Shown here: piece after piece, positions 56,490-64,000 of the stretch
How the letters are laid out: every line of letters starts with the position of its first letter
How positions within the stretch are numbered: position 1 is the stretch's first letter
Source of the DNA: a phage
DNA: 64,000 bases
NCBI GenBank assembly: GCA_012646185.1
Contig: GCA_012646185.1_4706.1
Direction: 5' to 3' (one strand)
The notes under the pieces: model-generated
Databases searched by the model: none
Seen by the model: the letters and a program-made list of their open reading frames with translations, nothing else
What the model was told of the DNA's origin: nothing
Program-made: the position numbers and the translations under genes

Positions 56490-58634
56490 ATGGGTATTCT
56501 TGTTCAAAACGCCCTAATCACCAAACAGGCATTTTTATTACCGGGCGATAGCAGCACGCTGAGTGCCGACATGATTAAAGCGAGACATACACCGTATTCC
56601 TACGATAACGTCGATGATACCACCTTAGGTGGGAACTGGGTGCTTAACCCGCCGCCGCAATATACAAAATTTGCCGACATCAAAGAACGCCGACGTGCGG
56701 TTATGCCGGGATCAACGGGTATGGGTCGAGGCTATAGTGAAAGCATTAACAGCTTTAAAGAAGTCGTTACGTTACGATTCGGTAAACCTCGCTTTACAGG
56801 CGCAAGTATCTTCTTTACTGATTTCTACGATGCGGATGTTGCCGTAACGGTTAAAACCGGTCGCGATCCCGGTATTCTTTATTACGCGGCCAAAGCGTAT
56901 ACCACCGTTCTTTCTTACCTCACACCGCTACCTTACTTGTATATGGTTGGACGTATCGGTCGATATTTCCTGGGTAAGCCAACCAGTCAATATTACTATC
57001 AAGTACCAACCATGCATGTGTATTGGGCGTCTTTCCAGACGTTGGTAAACCAAACAGCGATAAACATGGGTCTTATCGCCGGTGCCGGTAAAGATAAAGG
57101 CTACGTGGAAGAAGGAGGTACCGTACTCCACCAATATTCAATCGGTGGTCAGAACGTTGAAGAATTCATCAACTACGCCTCTAAGACGCTACCGGGGATT
57201 TATAAGAAAGGTGGTGGGATCGATATCTACCAGATTGCAACACGTCGTCAGCGCATACAGAACGCATGGGTACGTCGTATTCAATCCATGATGGAAAACG
57301 ATTACTCGTCTTACGAGGAGTTCTGGAACGATCTTGATAAACGACTTGATAGTGGAGCATTTCCATCGGATGTAACCGGTCGTACGTTAACGCAGTATCT
57401 CGCCGATGTGCAGAAATCTAAAGTTTATAGCGTCGAAAACAAAGGCGATAATAAACAAACAATGGACGACCTTTTATTCGGAAGGGCCACATACACCAAC
57501 AAGGATGCTGATGCCAACTTCAATGTCTCAGCGGCTACCTCCGACGGTGGTACGTCAACACAGAGTCAGGGCACAACAGCCAATGTCGGTAATTCGACGT
57601 CAGGGACAACGCAGGCTTCAACAGCAGCATCGACGGCTGGAGGAGCGAACGTACAGAGCAAAGGAATCGGTCAAACAAATGCGGCCGAGGAAGCTAAGTT
57701 TCTTGATCTGATGGATGCTGAACTGGCCGATGGCGCTCAGTTTATCAGTTTTCGAGTCGACTCTGTCACCAGTGTAACCGAAACGTTTTCAAACAGTGCT
57801 TCAGAAAGTTCAATCGCGCAGACGATGAACAGTCGTGCGCAAGCGAACATCGAACGTCGTTTCACCCTTTCCGGTGGTAATACAGGTTGGGCTATATTGG
57901 ACGAAGCCATCAAAGCCGGTTCCGATCTCGTTAATGGTGCTATTTCCGGGATGGGCCTGGATGGTATTTTTGGTGCCTTCATGGGTTCCGGCTTCGCTGA
58001 CATTCCGAAATTCTATTCCGGATCATCGGTAAGTCTTCCACGCGCAGATCTAACGATGGAATTGCGTTCTTGGAGTGGGGACCGCTGGTCGATCTTTACG
58101 AACCTCATGGTACCTCTTTTAGCGATCCTTGCAGGTGGTTTACCTCAGGCTACCGGTAAATCGTCCTACGGGATGCCATTCATGTGTGAGTGTTATATTC
58201 CCGGTAAAGTTCAGATTAAAATGGGCCTTATCGACAACATCACTGTGACGCGTCATGTTGGAAACGTACCATCGACACGCGAGCGATTACCGTTGGGTAT
58301 CGACGTCAGCTTCAGCGTTTATGACCTGTCGTCCATCGTCGCCATGCCGATCACAACGACGGCCGCATCGATCGCAAAACTGGATCCTCGCGGCTTCTTA
58401 AGTGATCTTCTTGCTGACGATACGCCGCTCAACAACTATCTTGCTGTATTATCGGCATTGACACTTACGGAACAAGTTTACATGATTCCGGATTTAAGTC
58501 GTCGCATGCATAAAACCATGGCTGATATCGATAGTTTCTGGAGCAAAGGTAATTTTGCTAGCTGGTTGTCTGACACCATGCCTGGCAGGATAGCATCAGG
58601 GCTGTTATGGAAACGTACAGAACGACCGTTCTGA
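56490..58634 (+). CDS. hypothetical virion protein (714 aa)
   Basis: Long ORF with GAGGAA SD, co-oriented with the giant tail-protein gene. Confidence 0.7.
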   Translation: MGILVQNALITKQAFLLPGDSSTLSADMIKARHTPYSYDNVDDTTLGGNWVLNPPPQYTKFADIKERRRAVMPGSTGMGRGYSESINSFKEVVTLRFGKPRFTGASIFFTDFYDADVAVTVKTGRDPGILYYAAKAYTTVLSYLTPLPYLYMVGRIGRYFLGKPTSQYYYQVPTMHVYWASFQTLVNQTAINMGLIAGAGKDKGYVEEGGTVLHQYSIGGQNVEEFINYASKTLPGIYKKGGGIDIYQIATRRQRIQNAWVRRIQSMMENDYSSYEEFWNDLDKRLDSGAFPSDVTGRTLTQYLADVQKSKVYSVENKGDNKQTMDDLLFGRATYTNKDADANFNVSAATSDGGTSTQSQGTTANVGNSTSGTTQASTAASTAGGANVQSKGIGQTNAAEEAKFLDLMDAELADGAQFISFRVDSVTSVTETFSNSASESSIAQTMNSRAQANIERRFTLSGGNTGWAILDEAIKAGSDLVNGAISGMGLDGIFGAFMGSGFADIPKFYSGSSVSLPRADLTMELRSWSGDRWSIFTNLMVPLLAILAGGLPQATGKSSYGMPFMCECYIPGKVQIKMGLIDNITVTRHVGNVPSTRERLPLGIDVSFSVYDLSSIVAMPITTTAASIAKLDPRGFLSDLLADDTPLNNYLAVLSALTLTEQVYMIPDLSRRMHKTMADIDSFWSKGNFASWLSDTMPGRIASGLLWKRTERPF

Positions 58635-58650
58635 TATTCACTGCATAAAC

Positions 58651-58682
58651 CCCTCTCCCTTCCCTTACGGGTTGGGAGAGGG
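58651..58682. terminator. bidirectional terminator hairpin containing the conserved 24-mer in reverse orientation
   Basis: ccctctccc-ttcccttacgggtt-gggagaggg; 58655-58678 is the reverse complement of 8594-8617. Confidence 0.6.
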
Positions 58683-58688
58683 ATTATG

Positions 58689-59756
58689 TTAACCTAATGA
58701 CACCGTCGGTAAATCAGGATAAAGTTTCTTCAAACCCGCCATCGTGGTGGTAGTTGTATAATTCTTACCCATCGCAGCAAGAGATGCGTATTTCCTACTG
58801 CGGGAGAAAAGAGAATAGAACCCACTGGATGTTTCCATCCACATCGTGAGGAGTTCCGCATCATTACCGTGGTAGTTCGTTTTACCCCATCCAGGTTTAA
58901 ACGCATCGGCAAAATCAATTAAACGCGAGGCTTCAGCGTCGTATTCTTTAAGGGTAATGTACGATGGAATGCGGTAGTTACGAAACAGTAACGTAATGAG
59001 TTCAGGGACAACGCTACGGGCACGTTCGGCAGTAATGAGTTCGGTGATCACAGCAGCCGTACGGAAATCGCCGTTGAGGCCAACGCTGCTTAACGATTCC
59101 GCTAAAGTGGTCGCCATCGCCACTTTATCCTCCGCTGACCCAGAGTCATACAGACTACGCACATCGATGTAGTTGCCTGCTAATGCAGCTTGACGAATCA
59201 ACGACGTGACAACCGTCCGGTTCGTCTTATAGTCGTTGTAACTGAATTCGGTTCGCGTTTTCCCTTGATCGTCGAGATACCGATCGACAATCGTTGAAAG
59301 TTTATAATACTCATCGCCCGACATCAGACTATCGAGAAGCTTAACGTTTCCATCTTTATCAATAAGCTTCCCTAACGCGCCATTGGATTGCTGGTTAATG
59401 GTACTGTAAATCTGGTCTTTTACTTGCGATAGGATGTTATCGGTTGACGATATATTCAGGCCAGTAACATCTTTGATCTTATTCATCAACGCGTTTTCAT
59501 TCAGGGAGATTTTGCCTCCGCTGATATCGATGAAAGAATTAAGATCGCTTATGGAAATCAGGTTTCCTGTTAACGCCGATAATGTACTATTGATACTGTT
59601 CGTAATACTGCTACGAAAACTGGTTAACGCATCAGCCGCTGAAACAGCGGTACCGCTAACCGCTTTAAGGAGCGTATCACGCCCTGTCGAAAAATCGCTG
59701 GTAATGGTTTTGATCTTGGACGTATCTATACTCGGCAGTTTGTCGTAAAGACTCAT
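58689..59756 (-). CDS. hypothetical protein
   Basis: ORF track 58689..59807 trimmed to the ATG at 59756 (AGGAGG SD); the track's N-terminal extension is encoded by the terminator hairpin and TTTATGCCGT motif. Confidence 0.6.
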   Translation of the reverse strand: MSLYDKLPSIDTSKIKTITSDFSTGRDTLLKAVSGTAVSAADALTSFRSSITNSINSTLSALTGNLISISDLNSFIDISGGKISLNENALMNKIKDVTGLNISSTDNILSQVKDQIYSTINQQSNGALGKLIDKDGNVKLLDSLMSGDEYYKLSTIVDRYLDDQGKTRTEFSYNDYKTNRTVVTSLIRQAALAGNYIDVRSLYDSGSAEDKVAMATTLAESLSSVGLNGDFRTAAVITELITAERARSVVPELITLLFRNYRIPSYITLKEYDAEASRLIDFADAFKPGWGKTNYHGNDAELLTMWMETSSGFYSLFSRSRKYASLAAMGKNYTTTTTMAGLKKLYPDLPTVSLG

Positions 59757-59784
59757 CACGTCCTCCTGAAAAAGAAAAAAGAAA

Positions 59785-59794
59785 TACGGCATAA
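59785..59794 (-). promoter_or_regulatory. late-promoter-like motif TTTATGCCGT after hairpin
   Basis: Plus strand acggcataaa adjacent to hairpin 59795-59820; ~30 nt upstream of the ATG at 59756. Confidence 0.5.
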
Positions 59795-59820
59795 AGCCTA
59801 CCCACACAATGGTGGGTAGG
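59795..59820 (-). terminator. intrinsic terminator (10-bp stem) with U-tract
   Basis: gcctacccac-acaatg-gtgggtaggc followed on the minus strand by UUUCUUUUUUCUUUUU. Confidence 0.6.
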
Positions 59821-59838
59821 CTAAGATCAACATCGATG

Positions 59839-60351
59839 TTAAACTTCTTCGTTTTCCGAACCTAACGATTCAGCATCTGGATCATCAACGGGAATGGTTG
59901 CGTCAAAATACCGCTTCGTATGCGTGGTTGTATAACCTACGCTATCTGTGATGGAAATCGTAAACGTGACTTCCCTTGCACGGATTAAGCGTAGTTTATT
60001 CATGAAGTTACGGAACGGCATCGATCCCCGATTCAACTCCTTAATGACGTTTCCTCGAATACTGGAAATGTCTTTATTCGTTTTATCAGGGTGTCGTTTC
60101 TTCACATCACGCATATGTCGGGTAATATACGAATTGAGCTGATTTGCGCCGATCCCTCTCTCCGTATAAATCTGCAACAGGAACTCCGTAAGGAAATCCT
60201 GTCTACCCGTAGGCGTCCAGAAATTGTTACCGTGATGGTAGTTAGTCGCTCGTCCTCGATTGCTTTGAGGATTTTCATCATCGCTCTCATCACGACGCTT
60301 AAGCGGATTAATGCGTGCGCGGAAAGAGACTTCATTATATTTATTTGTCAT
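59839..60351 (-). CDS. hypothetical protein
   Basis: ORF track 59839..60396 trimmed to the ATG at 60351, which overlaps the upstream TGA (ATGA). Confidence 0.5.
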   Translation of the reverse strand: MTNKYNEVSFRARINPLKRRDESDDENPQSNRGRATNYHHGNNFWTPTGRQDFLTEFLLQIYTERGIGANQLNSYITRHMRDVKKRHPDKTNKDISSIRGNVIKELNRGSMPFRNFMNKLRLIRAREVTFTISITDSVGYTTTHTKRYFDATIPVDDPDAESLGSENEEV

Positions 60352-60863
60352 AATACACCAGTGTACTGACTGAGTGCGAAGGTTAGGAGTTCGCAACAGT
60401 CTCTCGCTAGTTTCCTTGTTTTGCGTAATCCATAAGCCGCATCCAAATCGTCACGTTCCGCCAGCGCGTCTAACCACGTCGCAAGTATGCGTCCATACTC
60501 GATAACGTCACGCATGAGAACGTCGAACTGGATAACACGACCATCGGCATCAGCAAGCCAACGATTGAATGTGATTTGTGGTGCTAGTATTGCATATGTT
60601 CTCTCCTCTAATGCGATTATGTTTATGTTGCCTTCGTTATCGAACGCTTGATGCCAACGGCGAAGGTCAAGCATCAACGACTCAGCGTCCATATACCACA
60701 ACGGTAAATACGTTTTACGTGCAACGCGTATATCGTAGATGTTGTGAACCCAGGACGTTGTTTTGTAAAGCAACAAGAGTTCGTTTAACCGTTGCCTATC
60801 ATCTTGAAACGTCTTCCTTTTATAACGTTGGAACGCACGCCTCAAGAAAAAGCGATGTAACAT
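60348..60863 (-). CDS. hypothetical protein
   Basis: 171-aa ORF; early-promoter motif ~90 nt upstream. Confidence 0.55.
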   Translation of the reverse strand: MLHRFFLRRAFQRYKRKTFQDDRQRLNELLLLYKTTSWVHNIYDIRVARKTYLPLWYMDAESLMLDLRRWHQAFDNEGNINIIALEERTYAILAPQITFNRWLADADGRVIQFDVLMRDVIEYGRILATWLDALAERDDLDAAYGLRKTRKLARDCCELLTFALSQYTGVL

Positions 60864-60947
60864 GGCATCACCTATGTATCATTCTTGCAGGCATCAATGA
60901 AGCCATCACAAGAAGGTAACGTTATACGTCGCCTTCATGACAGTCAT

Positions 60948-60980
60948 CATGAAGGTAATATAGTCCTGTTATTTTTTTCA
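60948..60980 (-). promoter_or_regulatory. phiKZ-type early promoter motif (GAAAAAAA...TATATTAC on minus strand)
   Basis: Plus strand gaaggtaatatagtcctgttatttttttc. Confidence 0.55.
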
Positions 60981-60996
60981 ATACGGAGAATGTAAA

Positions 60997-61626
60997 ATGA
61001 GCGAATATGGTGTTGCCCCCGTAGATGATGAACCGCAAGAAGCACCTGATAAATTCGAGGTCCGTCTTGACGAAACCCGTAATATCCGCCAACGATTTAT
61101 TCAACGTCTTGAAATGCTGTTAGATAGCGAATTCAAGGAATTTGAGCATAATCCTGGCGCTGATAACAAAGCCATCGTCGACGTCGAAAACGTCGACCGA
61201 ATAGGTAAGCTGTTGTTGAAATCGTTGGGCGATAACGACAAAGTCGACTTAACATTGAAACGTATCAGTGCCGACCAGGCCATGAACGACAGCGCACTGA
61301 AAACAGCACAAGCCCTAACCGAAACCATGCTGCGCCGCTTAGGTCAGATGGATCAACATCCTCTCGCAGCAGGGGCTGTTTATGAAGGCGAAGTCGTGAA
61401 ACCCGTCACACCTGAAGAACGTGATCGTCGACTTGGTTTTGCGTCATTGGAAGAGTTCGATAGCAAGGAGTTTTCACCAGGCGTTCTCATCCAGGGACGT
61501 GTCGAAGAAACCAGCGATGCTTTCTACGCTAGAATGGCTCAACTGACGGCGTCGGTTCGTGAGGAGGTATCTCAGAAGATGGCTGCAGATCATCAGTCTT
61601 CGGAGGCGTCACACGAGGAGGAATAA
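60997..61626 (+). CDS. hypothetical acidic protein
   Basis: 209-aa ORF with GGAGAA SD; 3' end overlaps the convergent ORF 61529..62317 by ~100 nt. Confidence 0.5.
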   Translation: MSEYGVAPVDDEPQEAPDKFEVRLDETRNIRQRFIQRLEMLLDSEFKEFEHNPGADNKAIVDVENVDRIGKLLLKSLGDNDKVDLTLKRISADQAMNDSALKTAQALTETMLRRLGQMDQHPLAAGAVYEGEVVKPVTPEERDRRLGFASLEEFDSKEFSPGVLIQGRVEETSDAFYARMAQLTASVREEVSQKMAADHQSSEASHEEE

Positions 61627-62317
61627 AATAACTGAACCATTTTATTCCAAAGAACCGCATGAACATCACAGGTGCGTTAGAAAGTTCGATTGCTTCGTAA
61701 AGTTTGTCATAAGCCAGATCGGAATCAGGGATGGTTTCACTGATTCGTCTGGCTACAACCAATACGTTACAAATCGGATTGTCTTCTAACAGCATCTGAT
61801 TGGGGAGGTGCCAGCGTTTGAAATCGTAAAAGAACATCGCATTATACGTCTTACGGATTTCTGACGGATGCAGTGTGGCCGGATGACGGTAAATAACCTC
61901 AACGCTATCTTGCGCGCCGAGGTATTGCTGGATGCCTTCTTTTAACGCAATTGCAGCATCTCCCACAAATTCAAACGGGTACGTATTCACATGAACCGAA
62001 AAATCCGGTGCAGCAATCCCTGTCAAGCGGTCTTTCATGTAGTCCGCTACCACGTAACATAATCGCCACATCAACTCCGTCGGAATGCATTTATCGAGAA
62101 TGGTTTCATCGATATTTGCCAACGCACCCTTAAACTCTTCGTAAGTGTAAGTAACACCCGCCTGCTTCTCCGGCTCCAGGTTATAGGGTCGGTAATGCCA
62201 TTTCTTCCCCCACTTTCTGATAGCCTCCGGATCCAACGTTGTTGCTACCGCCATTTCGATATCAAGCAGCGCCTCGAGTTCTACGTACACCGTCACTAAC
62301 GCCGCATTTCCAGTCAT
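61529..62317 (-). CDS. hypothetical protein
   Basis: 262-aa ORF; convergent overlap with 60997..61626, so the true C-terminus of one of the two is uncertain. Confidence 0.5.
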   Translation of the reverse strand: MTGNAALVTVYVELEALLDIEMAVATTLDPEAIRKWGKKWHYRPYNLEPEKQAGVTYTYEEFKGALANIDETILDKCIPTELMWRLCYVVADYMKDRLTGIAAPDFSVHVNTYPFEFVGDAAIALKEGIQQYLGAQDSVEVIYRHPATLHPSEIRKTYNAMFFYDFKRWHLPNQMLLEDNPICNVLVVARRISETIPDSDLAYDKLYEAIELSNAPVMFMRFFGIKWFSYFIPPRVTPPKTDDLQPSSEIPPHEPTPSVEPF

Positions 62318-63021
62318 CGTTGCTCTCCAGCTTCACCGGTTAACATCTGCATATCGGGAGACGTTTTAATTTTCTTCTCGTACTCTTTTGTTTGTTTGAA
62401 TACCAACTCACCGATTTCTTCCAATTCTTCAACGGTGACGGTATGCAAATAGAGCAACGGAATAATCCAGGTATTCGCACGAAGCATATCCCGAATATCA
62501 TCAACGGTGGGTAACTCCGTAAAGAACTGTTCGTCTACCGCAAATAAATCCCGTGCGATACCATCCACCAGTTTATGATCGCTTTCATGGATCCATGCAA
62601 AACTTCCAGCAAGATGATCGATAAGCATATCGATGTCATCGACCGTTGAGAACACTGTACGCCGAACGTGCGTTGTGAGGTCCATCGTAAAACCCATTAA
62701 CGAAGGGGTTTCCTCAGAACGGAGTTCACGCCAAAGACGGATCATGTTTTCAGGGATAAACAAATCATGGATGAACGTCACACTGAATTTCGTAACCCAA
62801 TCACGAATTGTTGCCCCTTTGGAATATTGTTGCGGTGGGGAATACAAATACACCCAGCGTTTCGTGTACGCGATAACTTCCTTTCGCATCGCCGCATCTA
62901 AAACAAGCACGTAACGATCGGAAGCAAGCTCTTCTAATAAAAGCTCGAACGCAGTATCACTCTCTGGGGAGAACGATCGTTTTATTTCTGCGATACGTCG
63001 TGATAACCGACCACGTAACAT
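62314..63021 (-). CDS. hypothetical protein
   Basis: 235-aa ORF; its stop overlaps the next start. Confidence 0.6.
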   Translation of the reverse strand: MLRGRLSRRIAEIKRSFSPESDTAFELLLEELASDRYVLVLDAAMRKEVIAYTKRWVYLYSPPQQYSKGATIRDWVTKFSVTFIHDLFIPENMIRLWRELRSEETPSLMGFTMDLTTHVRRTVFSTVDDIDMLIDHLAGSFAWIHESDHKLVDGIARDLFAVDEQFFTELPTVDDIRDMLRANTWIIPLLYLHTVTVEELEEIGELVFKQTKEYEKKIKTSPDMQMLTGEAGEQR

Positions 63022-63023
63022 AA

Positions 63024-63698
63024 TTAGCCCTCATCAAGGTTATTCTGGAGATGCATTGCGGTGAGGATAACGCCAACCGCCGAAACCGATTTTGCCTTGC
63101 TGTCTTCAGGGAGCTGCTCCAAGCTTACGGTACCTGTTTCTAACAGCATGCGGTTCATCGCGTTGAACTTCTTATCATCACCACCACGAGCCTGCATCAG
63201 CTCTCGGTTCACGTTCGGCATCGACCGTCCTAACGTCGCTTGCATTTCCGGCTGGCTCCAAGTGGAACCTTTACTATCACCCGTCGGCTGATTGGTGAGC
63301 TGGTCCTTGGTGTTGTTGTTTTTCGGAATCGATATTTTAGCACTCAACGTTTCGGCTTGTCGGCGGTTTGGAATCAGGTACAATCTGGTTGGGCGGTCAC
63401 GAAGCACCAATTGCCCTGTTTTCTGGTCGGTGAGATAAATGCGCTGGAAGAAGGGGAAACCGTATTTCTTACCAACTTCCAACGCACGTTTTATCGTCAC
63501 CTCGTTTTTGTTCATGTTGGGTACCCAGATGGGTAGAATCTCTTTCTTATCCCGACATAAACGCATATAGGCATCAAACGTCTCATCATCGATTTCAGCA
63601 AAACGTTTTTTGTAAATAGCGTAAGTCGGGCTCGATTCACCCACCAGGTCTTTGATATACCCAAGAATGAATTTTTCTGCTGCAGCGCGGTTGGACAT
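63024..63698 (-). CDS. hypothetical protein
   Basis: 224-aa ORF. Confidence 0.6.
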   Translation of the reverse strand: MSNRAAAEKFILGYIKDLVGESSPTYAIYKKRFAEIDDETFDAYMRLCRDKKEILPIWVPNMNKNEVTIKRALEVGKKYGFPFFQRIYLTDQKTGQLVLRDRPTRLYLIPNRRQAETLSAKISIPKNNNTKDQLTNQPTGDSKGSTWSQPEMQATLGRSMPNVNRELMQARGGDDKKFNAMNRMLLETGTVSLEQLPEDSKAKSVSAVGVILTAMHLQNNLDEG

Positions 63699-63707
63699 AA
63701 ACGTCTC

Positions 63708-64000
63708 CTATTGTCGTGTCTGTTGCGGAAATACCCGAAACACCTGGACAATGATGTTCTTGTCCTCGCGGTTGGCGATGTCGATCATGTGTTTTGTTCC
63801 AGGACTTTTGAAATCCCAGAACGCAATTAAATGCGTAATGACATCGCCCATCCACTCATTGCGTCTGAATCCAGCACCTTTACGATAAGGGCCATCCCAA
63901 TCGGCAGGAAACGTGGTGTATTTGAACCCGTAATCCTTCGCATAGCGGCGCACATGCAAATCAGCACCTGAATGCGCACCGCCAGCAATGAGATGAACTT
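63708..64000 (-). CDS. hypothetical protein, partial (N-terminus lies beyond window end)
   Basis: ORF track 63708..63959 starts at a TTG; the same frame stays open to the window edge (...LIAGGAHSGADLHVRRYAKDYG...). Confidence 0.45.
   Translation of the reverse strand, partial: VHLIAGGAHSGADLHVRRYAKDYGFKYTTFPADWDGPYRKGAGFRRNEWMGDVITHLIAFWDFKSPGTKHMIDIANREDKNIIVQVFRVFPQQTRQ

Overview
This 64-kb window reads as a densely packed segment of a phiKZ-like, nucleus-forming jumbo phage genome (chimallivirus type), probably from an enterobacterial host; this is inferred from protein motifs and gene order, not from any database search. Recognisable genes are a chimallin-like shell protein next to a beta-prime-like N-terminal RNA polymerase subunit, a PhuZ tubulin, a large terminase, a tail sheath/tube pair, a ~2,200-aa tail protein with a C-terminal GH19 peptidoglycan hydrolase domain, and a second (virion-type) RNA polymerase beta/beta-prime pair. 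The main finding is that both beta-prime-like genes are interrupted by group I introns inside the codons of the catalytic DFDGD motif: one gene carries two tandem paralogous introns flanking a 15-nt micro-exon that encodes exactly D-F-D-G-D, and the other carries a ~2-kb intron housing an HNH homing endonuclease. The window also shows a recurring early-promoter motif (TATATTAC class), five terminator hairpins each followed by the 10-mer TTTATGCCGT (late-promoter-like), and a 24-nt terminator element reused at two convergent junctions. No tRNA, rRNA or CRISPR array was found. All coordinates were derived by hand from the sequence and the ORF track; splice boundaries are exact only under the stated model.
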